A stretch of DNA of 64,000 nucleotides, from NCBI GenBank assembly GCA_021323675.1, contig JAJPKP010000071.1:64969-128968 (forward strand). The letters run 5' to 3'. How positions within the stretch are numbered: position 1 is the first letter of the stretch; each line of letters starts with the position of its first letter. Source of the stretch: Pseudomonadota bacterium. Lineage in GTDB: Bacteria > Desulfobacterota > Binatia > Binatales > Binataceae. This document shows positions 1 to 9,503 of this stretch, in pieces. A model generated the notes under the pieces. It was not told where the DNA came from. It did no database searches and saw only the letters and a program-made list of their open reading frames with translations. Position numbers and translations under genes: made by a program.

Positions 1-505
1 CATGCATCGGCGGAAACCCCTTATAGCCGGTCAGCGACGAAAGGCCGGAAAGCGGCACCTGCGCGGGGCCGTAGGCGACGTATTCGTGATACGGCCCCGT
101 ATCGCCGTAGCCGCTCAGTGAGATCATGATGATGTCGGGCTTCACCTTGCGGATCGCCTCGTAGCCGAAGCCCATCTTCTCCATCACGCCGGAGGCGAAA
201 TTGTTGACGACGACGTCGGCCTCCTTGATGAGCCTCCATGCGACTTCCTTGGCTTCGGGATGCTTGAAGTTGAGCGAGAGGGATTTTTTGCCCTGGTTGT
301 ACTGGTTGAAATATCCGGACTTGTTGAGGCTGTCGAACTTTCCGTCCGGCCACGGCGGCAGCATCCGCGTAACGCAGGGCCGGGTTTTGGTTTCGATCCG
401 GGTGACTTCGGCGCCGAGATGGGCGAGTTGGAGGGTGCAGTACGGACCCGCCCACACCCAGGTGAAGTCGGCGATCTTTATTCCTGAAAGAGGTGGTTTG
501 GCCAT
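1..505 (-). CDS. CoA transferase family III (CaiB/BaiF), 5' part; the gene runs off the window start
   Basis: The reverse-strand frame (not in the ORF track because it has no stop within the window) translates MAKPPLSGIKIADFTWVWAGPYCTLQLAHLGAEVTRIE...VVNNFASGVMEKMGFGYEAIRKVKPDIIMISLSGYG, typical of a family-III CoA-transferase N-terminus. ATG is at 505-503, 2 nt after the stop of the upstream paralogue. Confidence 0.75.
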   Translation of the reverse strand, partial: MAKPPLSGIKIADFTWVWAGPYCTLQLAHLGAEVTRIETKTRPCVTRMLPPWPDGKFDSLNKSGYFNQYNQGKKSLSLNFKHPEAKEVAWRLIKEADVVVNNFASGVMEKMGFGYEAIRKVKPDIIMISLSGYGDTGPYHEYVAYGPAQVPLSGLSSLTGYKGFPPMH

Positions 506-507
506 TG

Positions 508-1716
508 CTAGATAACACCCTTGCGCTTGAGTTCGTCGATTCGCGCCTGCGTAAGGCCGAGCCTGCCGCCGAAGATCTCGGAATTATGCTGTCCGAGGGT
601 CGGGGCGGGCATCCGGATTTCCCAGGGCGTGCGATGGTACTTCAGCGGAGCGCCGGGATATTTCCAGGTTCCGGCGACCGGGTGGGTGATTTCGACGAAG
701 AAGCCGCGCGCCTTGAGATGCTCGCTGTTCAGCAGATCGCCCATCGTGGATACGGGCGCGAAGGGGACGCGTTTGGCCTGAGCCTTGCGGTAGATATCGA
801 GGACGGTATGTTGGCCGACCCATTCCTCAAGAAAGACTTTAAGTACGTCCCAATTGAGCGCGCGGGTCAGGCGATCCTTGAAAATCTCTTCGCCCGCCCA
901 CTCCGGATTGCCCATGATCTCGACGAAGCCGCGCCATTGATGCTCTTCGATGCAGCAGAGGTAGATGTATCCGTCCTTGCATCGCATCGTCTCGACCGGC
1001 TGGATTGGCTTTTGGCCGAGCCGGGTCGCGATCATCTTCATGTACGGCCAGTACTCGAAGGTCATTTCGAGTTGCGATGTGATCGCTTCCTGAACTGACA
1101 CTTCGATATGTTGGCCGGCCTCGCCGTTGAGCCGCGCGAAAGCCGCCGCGAGGGTAGGCACGGCGGCGTGGACGCCGCCCTGGTAGCCGGCCTGATGGCC
1201 GAAGGTTTTGAGGGGCGGCAAATCGGCATGCTCAGGACCGCCGCCGTTGAGAACACAGACGCCGCCCGCGGCCCACACCGTCAGGTCCTCGGCCCGCCAG
1301 TTGCGCTTTGGACCCGACAGGCCAAACGGCGCGATAGTGGTCATGATCAGGTCCGGGTTCACCCGCTTCATGCGGTCGTAGGTGAGTCCGACGCGGTCCA
1401 TGTCCGGTGGCGTTACGTTGTGGATCAGGATGTCAGCGCCGGCAGCGAGTTTTTCGAGCAGCTCCATCCCCTCGGGCTGCGCGATATCGAGCGTGATGCC
1501 CTTCTTGTTGGCATTGAGGTAAAGGAAGAGGCCGCTCTTTTCCGGATGCGCCTCGTCGCGCGGAAATGGTCCGCGCGTACGGGCGGGGTCGCCAACGCCC
1601 GGCCGTTCGACCTTGACGACGTCGGCGCCCAGGTCCGCGAGCAGTTTGCCGCAATAAGGGGCGGAGACCATCTCGCCCACTTCAAGAATTTTGAGATCTG
1701 ACAATGCGCCTGCCAT
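508..1716 (-). CDS. CoA transferase family III (CaiB/BaiF)
   Basis: 402 aa. N-terminal LKILEVGEMVSAPYCGKLLADLGADVVKVE motif; full-length family-III CoA transferase. Confidence 0.85.
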   Translation of the reverse strand: MAGALSDLKILEVGEMVSAPYCGKLLADLGADVVKVERPGVGDPARTRGPFPRDEAHPEKSGLFLYLNANKKGITLDIAQPEGMELLEKLAAGADILIHNVTPPDMDRVGLTYDRMKRVNPDLIMTTIAPFGLSGPKRNWRAEDLTVWAAGGVCVLNGGGPEHADLPPLKTFGHQAGYQGGVHAAVPTLAAAFARLNGEAGQHIEVSVQEAITSQLEMTFEYWPYMKMIATRLGQKPIQPVETMRCKDGYIYLCCIEEHQWRGFVEIMGNPEWAGEEIFKDRLTRALNWDVLKVFLEEWVGQHTVLDIYRKAQAKRVPFAPVSTMGDLLNSEHLKARGFFVEITHPVAGTWKYPGAPLKYHRTPWEIRMPAPTLGQHNSEIFGGRLGLTQARIDELKRKGVI

Positions 1717-1746
1717 TCAAACTCCCGCCGATAATGATTCGAACTT

Positions 1747-2019
1747 TTATTCAGGAAATACCCGCCTGAACGGTTTCACCTCGATGCGCTCGAACACACC
1801 CTCTTTGGTGTACGGGTCGCTGTTGGCGAATGCGACCGCCTCGGCCTGGCTCTCCATGTCCACGATGATGAGGCTTCCGCTGCCGTCGGCGAACGGTCCG
1901 GCGATAACCACCTTACCCTTGTCAACCAGCGGCCGCAGATTGTCCAGATGAGCGGGCCTGATTTTGGGCCTGAGCTCGGCGCCGCGAGGTCCGTCGTGGC
2001 CGATAATCACAAAGAGCAT
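1747..2019 (-). CDS. YciI-like (Dabb-fold) protein
   Basis: 90 aa with YciI-family similarity. GGTGGAGGGG Shine-Dalgarno upstream of ATG 2019. Confidence 0.75.
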   Translation of the reverse strand: MLFVIIGHDGPRGAELRPKIRPAHLDNLRPLVDKGKVVIAGPFADGSGSLIIVDMESQAEAVAFANSDPYTKEGVFERIEVKPFRRVFPE

Positions 2020-2183
2020 CGCATCCCCTCCACCGGCAAAGGCGGGTCAATCCGTCTTAATTAGCACGCTGCGGCGCGAGGAAAAAAGCAATGGGAAAGG
2101 GCCACCACCAGTCGTAGCCTACGATCGGGCGGGTTCGCTATTATCGAGATTTCGATGCCGGCCGTTGGCAGTTCGAGCCTCCA

Positions 2184-2567
2184 ATGAATTCGACGAACAA
2201 GGTCGTTCCCTTCCGGAGACCTTCGAGGCGAAACGGGTCTTCAGGCGCGATCGATCGCGCCGAGGAGACGCGCACGAAACGGCACCTGTGGATTCACGCG
2301 ATGTTGTTTACGGCGGTCGCGCTCATCGTGTACACGGCGGCGGTCCTCGCCGTTCCCGGAGAGGAAGTCGAAACGCTGTGGTTCGTATGGCTGATCTTCG
2401 TGGTCGCGGTGAGCAAGCTGCTCTTGGCGAACGGATTTATCTTCGCCGCGATCGGCGCGGATAAGAGAGAGTCCGCGCGACGGACCACGAAACTCGGGCC
2501 CCTGCCCTTCAGATCCGGCCATCGCCACCAGCGTTTTCAGGCGGCGCCTCGGTTTCCCCGCCGCTGA
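2184..2567 (+). CDS. hypothetical small membrane protein (2 predicted TM helices)
   Basis: ORF with two hydrophobic helices; no family recognised. Confidence 0.4.
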   Translation: MNSTNKVVPFRRPSRRNGSSGAIDRAEETRTKRHLWIHAMLFTAVALIVYTAAVLAVPGEEVETLWFVWLIFVVAVSKLLLANGFIFAAIGADKRESARRTTKLGPLPFRSGHRHQRFQAAPRFPRR

Positions 2568-2588
2568 CCGGCCTCCGCCTGCTCTGCG

Positions 2589-3629
2589 TCAGGCGTCGAG
2601 CCGGCTTGCCCATTTGCGCGCGGGACGCCGTTCCCATCCGCGCTTGTGGTAGCCGTATGCGGCGATCAAGGGAACCGCGATCGACGCCTCGCAATACACC
2701 ATCTGCTCGAAGGTCGTATCGACCTTGCCCCAGCTTGACGCTTCCTTGAGGGTCGAGCCCGACAGCGCGCCGTCGCGGACATCAGCCACCGTCACCTGGA
2801 TCGCGTATTTGTGCATCGGAACGTCGTGGCCGAGAATTTCGGCGGCGACGACGATGTCTTGGGCGAAGTTTTTGGGCACGCCGCCGCCGATCATGAGAAG
2901 CCCGGTCTCGTTGCCGAGCACCTTGATACGGGTGAGCTCGTGAAAATCCTGCGCGCTGTCGATTGTAACCCTGGCGCCCTTGGCTCGCGCCGCCTGATGC
3001 GCAACCAGGCCAAAGCCCGCGGAACAATCGCTGAAGGCCGGACAGAAGATAGGGACGTGCTCGCGATAGGCTTCGAGCACGATGCTGTTGTCGGCGCGGG
3101 CTCCCGTCTCGGCGAGATACTTACCCATCTCGCCCACGAACTCCCGCGATGAGTATGGGCGCGGTTCGAGCTGATCGGCGATTTTCCTGATCGTTTCGTC
3201 GCAAATGCGAAGCTCGTCTTCGTCGATGAGGGTGTCGTAGATGCGATCGATGTGAAGTTCGCGCAGCACTCCGTCCTCCAGCCCGGCGCGCAGGCGTTCG
3301 TCGGCGATATAGTGGCGGAAGCCGAGCGCCTCGAAGAAGTCCTGATCGACGATATTCGCGCCGGTGCTCACGACCGCATCGACCATCCGGTTGCGGATCA
3401 TGTCGGCGAACACTTTCTTGAGACCCGCGCTGACCAGCGATCCGGCGAGGCACAGGATGACGGAGCAGTTCGCATCGCGGAGCATCCGGTCGTAAATTTC
3501 GGCGGCCCGCGCCAGGTCGCGCGCGCTGTACGCCATATGCTTCATGGCTTCGACCAGCGGCACAACGTCGTGGCGGGTAATATCGACGTGCTGGATGGTT
3601 TCGGAGAGATATTCAGATTTTGACGGCAT
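2589..3629 (-). CDS. deoxyhypusine synthase homologue (DHS-like)
   Basis: 346 aa with DHS-family motifs (GANIVDQD, IGGGVPKNF) and the conserved catalytic-lysine context EASSWGKV. AGGAAGGA Shine-Dalgarno before ATG 3629; 24 nt downstream of the ECF T-component gene. Confidence 0.85.
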   Translation of the reverse strand: MPSKSEYLSETIQHVDITRHDVVPLVEAMKHMAYSARDLARAAEIYDRMLRDANCSVILCLAGSLVSAGLKKVFADMIRNRMVDAVVSTGANIVDQDFFEALGFRHYIADERLRAGLEDGVLRELHIDRIYDTLIDEDELRICDETIRKIADQLEPRPYSSREFVGEMGKYLAETGARADNSIVLEAYREHVPIFCPAFSDCSAGFGLVAHQAARAKGARVTIDSAQDFHELTRIKVLGNETGLLMIGGGVPKNFAQDIVVAAEILGHDVPMHKYAIQVTVADVRDGALSGSTLKEASSWGKVDTTFEQMVYCEASIAVPLIAAYGYHKRGWERRPARKWASRLDA

Positions 3630-3653
3630 CGCGTCCTTCCTGTCTTCTGCCTG

Positions 3654-4439
3654 CTATCCGGGCGTGATAGCGCCGTAGCCGGTGTAATAGATGAGAAAAT
3701 ATCCGGTCGCGATGGCGAACAGAGTGAGCCCCGCGACCACGTCCGCAGGCATCACAGGATACTCGATCAAGGTTGTGGGATTATTACGCAGGCCGAAGCC
3801 GCGCGCCTCGAGCGCCATCGCCATGTTGTTCGCCCTGCGCAGGGCAGACATAAAGACCGGAATAACCACGGTCACGTAGCGGCGCATCCGCTCGAAAAGC
3901 CCGCCCTTCTCGAAATCGTAACCGCGCAGCTTCTGCGCATCGACAATCGTCATCGCGGAGTCGATGAACAGCGGCACCAGCCGGAACGCGAGCGAGATCG
4001 CGAAGCCGACGCGGTAGGATACTCCGAGCTTGGCCAGGCCGACGGTGAACTCTTCCACCCGCGTGGTCGAAAGGAACAGCACCGAAGCGCCGAGTAATTC
4101 GGCAAGTTTGATTCCCCGGCCAAGCCCGTACACGAGCGAGCCGCGGCTGACGTGGACGAACGGCAGGTTTATCAGGGGCGTGCCCTGCCGATAGAAGAAA
4201 AGCCAGACGATGGTGGTCGTGAAGACGAGGATTATGAAGTACCAGCGATAGCGGTAGAAGTTGCGCCACGAACCGGTAAGCTGCGCAACCCACAGCATGA
4301 AGATGCCGATCGGCAGAAGCGCGATCGGATTGTCGACCCAGTAGACCGACCAGAACATCACGAACAACGCGATCACCTTGACGGTGGGATGCAGCCGATG
4401 AACGAAGGTGCCGCGATCGAGATAGAGCTGAATCGCCAT
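3654..4439 (-). CDS. ECF transporter T component (EcfT/CbiQ family)
   Basis: Polytopic membrane protein of the CbiQ/EcfT family. Start moved to the internal ATG (MAIQLYLDRG...) that forms an ATGA overlap with the stop of the upstream ATPase gene at 4439-4441. Confidence 0.8.
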   Translation of the reverse strand: MAIQLYLDRGTFVHRLHPTVKVIALFVMFWSVYWVDNPIALLPIGIFMLWVAQLTGSWRNFYRYRWYFIILVFTTTIVWLFFYRQGTPLINLPFVHVSRGSLVYGLGRGIKLAELLGASVLFLSTTRVEEFTVGLAKLGVSYRVGFAISLAFRLVPLFIDSAMTIVDAQKLRGYDFEKGGLFERMRRYVTVVIPVFMSALRRANNMAMALEARGFGLRNNPTTLIEYPVMPADVVAGLTLFAIATGYFLIYYTGYGAITPG

Positions 4440-6175
4440 CAGGCCCGCTCCTTGATCCAATCGGCCAGCGCCTGCGGGGTCAGGGCCAGCGCGCCGAAGC
4501 GGCGGCTGAGCCGGGTCACTTCCGGCGCGCGAAACGACGAATGCGCAAGAAGATCATCCTGAGCGAAAAATTCCGCGACGGTGCCGTCAAACAGCTTGCG
4601 GCCCTTGCGGATCAGAACGACGCGGCGCGCGTATTCCGCGACCAGCCACGGCGTATGGGTGATCATCACGATTGCGATTCCGCTGCGGTTCAGATCCTCC
4701 ACCAGCGCCATCATCCGGCGCTGTTCGCGATGGTCGAGGCCGGTGGTCGGCTCATCAAGAATCAAAAGCCGGGGACGCAGCGCCAGCACGCTCGCCACCG
4801 CGACCCGCTGGCGCTCGCCCTTGCTGAGCAGGAACGGATCCTTGTCGCGCGCGTCCAGGAGTCCGACGGCTTCGAGCACCTCGGCGCATCGGCGCTCAAT
4901 CTCCCGCTTGTCGAAGCCGAAGTTGCGCGGACCGAAAGCGACTTCGTCCCAGACCGTCGCGGCGGAAATCTGATGGTCCGGGTTCTGGAACACGTAGGCG
5001 ACCTCGCGCGCGGTCTCTGCCGCTCGCAGCGACGCGCGGTCGCGTCCTTCCAGCATCACGCGCCCTTCGTTGGGCTTGAGCAGCCCCACGATATGCTTGG
5101 CGAGAGTGGTCTTGCCGGAGCCGTTCTGCCCGACGATCGCGAGAAAGTCCCCGCGCTCGATGCGCAGATCGATGCCCTTCAGCGCGTGGACGTTTTCCGA
5201 ATAGCTGAAGGAAAGACCCGTCACCTCCACCAGCGGCGGCTCCCCGGATCCCGCCGGATCGGGATCTTTCGAGAGCGCCGTTGGCGAGGCGGGCGAGAAT
5301 GTCCGCAGGCGCGGAAAGGTCCGCACGATCGCTTCATACGCCTGGTCAACGCTGTCGGCATGCCCGCCGATGCCGAGCAAATGCAGGACGCGATTGAGTC
5401 CGGGAACGTGCACGCCGCACTCTTCGAGCAGATCGAAGTTTGTCATCACCTCCGCGGGAGGCGCGTCGGCGACGATCGTTCCGTCGTGGAGCAGAATGAT
5501 GCGGTCGGCGCGCATCAGTTCCTCGGACTCGTGCTCGATTACCACCAGGCTGAACCCCTGCTCGCGCAGCTTTGCGATGAGCGCGAAGACTTCCGCTTTG
5601 CCTTCGGGATCGAGATCGGTGGTGGGTTCGTCCAGGACGATGATCGAGGGCCTGAGCGCGAGCACGGAGGCGATCGCGAGCCGCTGCTTCTCTCCTCCGG
5701 AAAGCGAAGTCGGGTCGCGATGCTCAAAGCCCGCCAGTCCGACCGCTTCGAGCGCCGGGCGCAGGCGAGCCTGCATTTCGCCGCGCGCCATCCCCACCTG
5801 CTCCATGGCGAAAGCGACCTCGAGCTCGACGCTGGTCGAAAAGAGTTGCGCCTCGAAGTCCTGAAACACCATCCCGACCTCGGCGGCGGCCTCGCATATG
5901 CGCATCGCGTCGAGGCGGCTCTTTCCAATCATCACGATTCCGCGAAAGTCGCCTCCCTCGAATTCCGGAACGAGGCGATTGAGGCATTTGGCCAGGGTGG
6001 ATTTTCCCGCGCCCGACGCGCCCATAATCGCGATCATCTCGCCATGCGCTTGATCGAGACTGAGCGCGCGCAGCGCCGGTCCCGGTTCGCTCGGGTAGGT
6101 GTAGGTAACGTCCCGGACGGACAGAGCGGTATCGGCGGGCGTTCCCGCAATCGCGCTTTGCAGCTCGGTCTTCAC
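4439..6175 (-). CDS. ECF/ABC transporter ATPase with duplicated ATP-binding cassettes (EcfA1-EcfA2 fusion type)
   Basis: 578 aa. Two Walker A motifs (GASGAGKST and GQNGSGKTT) and two ABC signature regions. Confidence 0.85.
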   Translation of the reverse strand: MKTELQSAIAGTPADTALSVRDVTYTYPSEPGPALRALSLDQAHGEMIAIMGASGAGKSTLAKCLNRLVPEFEGGDFRGIVMIGKSRLDAMRICEAAAEVGMVFQDFEAQLFSTSVELEVAFAMEQVGMARGEMQARLRPALEAVGLAGFEHRDPTSLSGGEKQRLAIASVLALRPSIIVLDEPTTDLDPEGKAEVFALIAKLREQGFSLVVIEHESEELMRADRIILLHDGTIVADAPPAEVMTNFDLLEECGVHVPGLNRVLHLLGIGGHADSVDQAYEAIVRTFPRLRTFSPASPTALSKDPDPAGSGEPPLVEVTGLSFSYSENVHALKGIDLRIERGDFLAIVGQNGSGKTTLAKHIVGLLKPNEGRVMLEGRDRASLRAAETAREVAYVFQNPDHQISAATVWDEVAFGPRNFGFDKREIERRCAEVLEAVGLLDARDKDPFLLSKGERQRVAVASVLALRPRLLILDEPTTGLDHREQRRMMALVEDLNRSGIAIVMITHTPWLVAEYARRVVLIRKGRKLFDGTVAEFFAQDDLLAHSSFRAPEVTRLSRRFGALALTPQALADWIKERA

Positions 6176-6957
6176 ATCAATGCGAGCCCGGCGAATGCGA
6201 GCAGGATCAGCGGACTGACGAGAATAGCGATCGACTTGTCATGGGGCGCCGCGTTCATCCAGGCCGGAAGGAATGCCGGCACCCAATATCCCGTGGAGAG
6301 CAGATTTCCGAGCGCCCACGCGCCCCCCTCTCCAATCATCAGCAGCGCGATTCCGGCGACCCTGAGCGCGGCCGGCGGCGGCGTGAGCTCCGGCATCACG
6401 TCCTGATAAAGCATCCGGCCCTTGCGCACGCGCGGATATACGGCGGCAAGGATGAACGGCGACAGGACCATCGCCGAAGCCATGTTATTCAGGATGATGA
6501 CGTTGCCGAGCATCGCAAACGGCCGTATCGCAAGCAGATTATCACCCCATCCGACCAGATCGGCGCACAGCACGCTGGCGAGCAGACAGGCGAAGACGTA
6601 CTTCGCAAGGCCGAGCGGAGAACGGGGAACGGGGCTCTCGCCGCCTCCGATAGTCTCCCAGACCTTGAACGGCACCAGACCATAAACGAGGTTGGCGAAG
6701 AACCCGAAGATGTCTCCGGGCGAGGCACCGCCGAAGAAATCGCCGATCATGTTCCCGATCGCGCTTCCCCACGCCGCAGCCGGGCCGAACAGAAACGAGC
6801 ATACGACGGGGATTGCGTTGGCCGGCCTGAGCTCGGTGACGCCGGGAATCAGCGGCACGACCTTGAACGGCACCAGCACCGCCGCATACAGCGCCGCCGA
6901 AATCGCGCATAGCACGACCATCCGCGTGTTGCGCCACATCAATCTGAGGCCGTTCAT
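6172..6957 (-). CDS. ECF transporter substrate-specific (S) component-like membrane protein (QueT-like)
   Basis: Polytopic membrane protein directly upstream of the ECF A and T genes. The start is ambiguous: the ORF reaches 7104, but the hydrophobic core begins around MNGLRLMW (ATG 6957; alternatives 6939 and 6921). Confidence 0.55.
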   Translation of the reverse strand: MNGLRLMWRNTRMVVLCAISAALYAAVLVPFKVVPLIPGVTELRPANAIPVVCSFLFGPAAAWGSAIGNMIGDFFGGASPGDIFGFFANLVYGLVPFKVWETIGGGESPVPRSPLGLAKYVFACLLASVLCADLVGWGDNLLAIRPFAMLGNVIILNNMASAMVLSPFILAAVYPRVRKGRMLYQDVMPELTPPPAALRVAGIALLMIGEGGAWALGNLLSTGYWVPAFLPAWMNAAPHDKSIAILVSPLILLAFAGLALM

Positions 6958-7046
6958 TCGACGAATGATTACGCCAGCAACGCGAGCATGCGATAAGATT
7001 TCCGTCCGGAGCGGCGGGGAGGCACGCCCTGTCCGAAGCCAATTGC

Positions 7047-7820
7047 GTGATCGACAGCCACGTTCATCTCGACGCTGACCAGTATGCCGACCCATCAGGC
7101 GCAATCAAGCGTGCGGTTGAAGCCGGTGTTACAGCGATGGTCGCGCCCGGAACCGGGGGAGCATCGAATCGCCGCGTGATCGAACTGTCCCGCCGATATC
7201 CAAAGGTGGTCTATGCCGCCTGCGGGTTCCATCCGGAGCGATTCGACCTGACGGATGCGGACCTGGAGGAGGCCCTGGAGACGATTCGCCGCGAGAGAGA
7301 CTCGCTATGCGCCGTGGGCGAGGTCGGGATGCCCTGGTATGGCGACCGGGCCCGCGATCCGCGCCTTATCGCGCGGGCAAGGCGGGTCCTGGAGCGATGC
7401 GCGAGCGCCGCGGTCGAAGCTGATTTGCCGATGATCATACATGCGCCTCACGACAGCGCGCGCGAGGCGCTCGGGATTATCAAGGAGGCCGGCGTGCGGA
7501 TGGCGGTTTTTCATTGGCACAAGTCCGACGATTCGACCACCCGCGCTATCCTCGATGCGGGCTATTTCATTTCGCTAACACCGGAAGTCGCCTACCGAGA
7601 TCGCGACATCCGGCTGGCCAGGATGGTGCCGCTCGAAAGCATGCTGCTTGAGACGGACGGACCGTGGCCGTATCGAGGTCCTTTCGAGGGACGCGCGACT
7701 GAGCCGGCGATGGTACTCGACGCGGCGGGCGCGGTTGCCCGCGCGCTAAGCCTTGAGCGCGAGATGGTGGGCGCGATGACGACCGCCAACGCCCGAAAGC
7801 TGTTCCGCATCGCGACCTGA
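7047..7820 (+). CDS. TatD family hydrolase
   Basis: 257 aa. IDSHVHLD metal-binding motif and TatD-family architecture. GTG start. Confidence 0.85.
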   Translation: MIDSHVHLDADQYADPSGAIKRAVEAGVTAMVAPGTGGASNRRVIELSRRYPKVVYAACGFHPERFDLTDADLEEALETIRRERDSLCAVGEVGMPWYGDRARDPRLIARARRVLERCASAAVEADLPMIIHAPHDSAREALGIIKEAGVRMAVFHWHKSDDSTTRAILDAGYFISLTPEVAYRDRDIRLARMVPLESMLLETDGPWPYRGPFEGRATEPAMVLDAAGAVARALSLEREMVGAMTTANARKLFRIAT

Positions 7821-7878
7821 GAGGCTTTTCGATTGCTCTACTCGCAAACCCGCGGCAAATTATCGAGGGGGTACTGCG

Positions 7879-8244
7879 ATGCCGATCTACGAATACGAGT
7901 GCGAAGCTTGCCATCGCCGCACCAGCGTGCTGACCACGCGAATCAGCGAGCGGGTTCGCGCCCAATGCAGCCACTGCGGCGGAACGAAGATGCGCCGGTT
8001 GATGTCGCGATTCGCGATGCCGAAGAGCGAGGAACAGAGGCTCGACGCGCTCGCGGACCCATCGAAACTCGGCGATCTCGACGAGAACGATCCGCGCAGC
8101 GTCGCCCGCTTCATGAAGAAGATGGGCAAGGAGATGGGCGAGGATTTCAGCGGCGAAGACTTCGACGAGGCGATGGAGGAGATGGAATCGGGCGGCGACC
8201 TCGACGAAGGCAACGGCCCCAACTCCAACACCGACGACCTCTAG
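7879..8244 (+). CDS. FmdB-family zinc-ribbon protein
   Basis: MPIYEYECEACHRR...CSHCGG, a CxxC...CxxC zinc ribbon with an acidic C-terminal tail. Confidence 0.8.
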   Translation: MPIYEYECEACHRRTSVLTTRISERVRAQCSHCGGTKMRRLMSRFAMPKSEEQRLDALADPSKLGDLDENDPRSVARFMKKMGKEMGEDFSGEDFDEAMEEMESGGDLDEGNGPNSNTDDL

Positions 8245-8266
8245 CCTCCGCCACCCGGGCGGCCAT

Positions 8267-8508
8267 GACCTCGCCCCGTCGGGAGAGGTCGGCGCGAAGC
8301 GCCGGGTGAGGGTCCCCTTTCAGCGCGAGCATCGCACGCGCGACTAAGGAATTCTGGACTCCTTCTTTCTCGCCACCCCCGCGCGATCGCTCGCCAGCCT
8401 GCAGAGCAGCATCTTTGAATCGCGCGCGTTGCGCGCGCTGAACAGCGTCCCTCACCCGAAGCCAAAAAGATGGCGCCGGCCTCTCCCGATCGGGAGAGGC
8501 ATCAGGTC
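8267..8508. repeat. long imperfect inverted-repeat element (MITE/REP-like) between convergent genes
   Basis: Arms of about 50 bp at 8267-8315 and 8447-8508 are inverted copies (shared blocks gacct / cgggagagg / cggcgc / cgggtgaggg) flanking a ~130-bp spacer. A perfect 20-bp palindrome sits inside the second arm (8480-8499), and a GC hairpin lies in the spacer. Confidence 0.3.
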
Positions 8509-8531
8509 ACGCGCGCCACCAGGGCGCCCCG

Positions 8532-9332
8532 TTACTCGGGCATGAACGACGGACTGCCCGTCTTGGCGGTCTGGCCGCCGTCCGCGACAAACGCGGCACC
8601 GGTGACGAACGATGCCAGGTCTGAGGCGAGGAACAGGACCACGTTCGCCATCTCCTCGGGCTTGCCCAAACGTCCCATCGGGATCGCCTCGCGAAAGCGA
8701 TCTCCGAAACCCGGCATCTCCAGCGCCGGCGCGAGCAGCGGCGTATCGATCGCTCCGGGGCAGATGCAATTGACGCGAATTCCGTCGCGCGCGTATTCGA
8801 TGGCCGCCACCCGGGTAAGGTTGATAACGCCGGCTTTGGCGGCGTTGTACGCGGCGATGCCGTAATCGGCGCGAAGTCCGGAAATCGAGGCGGTGTTAAC
8901 GATCGCGCCCGAACGCTGGGCGCGCATGATCGGCAGCACGCATTTCATCGCGCGCCACACCGCCGTCAGACCGACATCGATCATGTAGCCCCATACGCCG
9001 TCTTCCACGTCCGCAAGCCGCCCCGCGGCCTGTGTGCTGGTCTGCGCGGCCGGCAGCCCGAAGGCGTTGTTGTGAACAAAATCGATTCGGCCGAAACGCC
9101 GATTCGTATCGGAAATCATCTTCTCGATATCGGCGGGCTTGGTGACGTCGATGGTCATCGCGGCCGCGCGGCCTCGGGCCTCGACAATCTCGTGCGCGAC
9201 CTTTTCGGCATTCTCGCCGTTGATGTCGGCGATGACGACCGTGCCGCCGCGCGCGGCAAACCCTATCGCGGTGGCGCGCCCGATTCCGGAGCCGCCACCG
9301 GTTACAATTCCAACTTTGCCGTCAAAACGCAT
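8532..9332 (-). CDS. SDR family oxidoreductase
   Basis: GKVGIVTGGGSGIGRA Rossmann motif. Start set at MRFDGK (ATG 9332), which has a GGGAGA Shine-Dalgarno 7 nt upstream. Confidence 0.85.
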   Translation of the reverse strand: MRFDGKVGIVTGGGSGIGRATAIGFAARGGTVVIADINGENAEKVAHEIVEARGRAAAMTIDVTKPADIEKMISDTNRRFGRIDFVHNNAFGLPAAQTSTQAAGRLADVEDGVWGYMIDVGLTAVWRAMKCVLPIMRAQRSGAIVNTASISGLRADYGIAAYNAAKAGVINLTRVAAIEYARDGIRVNCICPGAIDTPLLAPALEMPGFGDRFREAIPMGRLGKPEEMANVVLFLASDLASFVTGAAFVADGGQTAKTGSPSFMPE

Positions 9333-9503
9333 CGCAGTGTCTCCCAATGCAGATGTTCGTTCATAGTCGATGAAGAACAAATTTTCGAGAGTTCGCCCGC
9401 CTGCTGAAGACGTGCCTCGGGGCGGACGCGGCTCCCGCTAACCGATGCGGCGGCGAATACGCTATGGTCCCGCGTGGACAATCTCACTCAGGGAGATATT
9501 TCT

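Noticed and set aside
21-518. 165-aa minus-strand ORF at the window start
   Set aside because: It is in the wrong frame. The real gene here is the N-terminal part of a CoA transferase in another frame, running off the window edge.
4541-6406. 621-aa plus-strand ORF
   Set aside because: Antisense to the double-cassette ABC ATPase.
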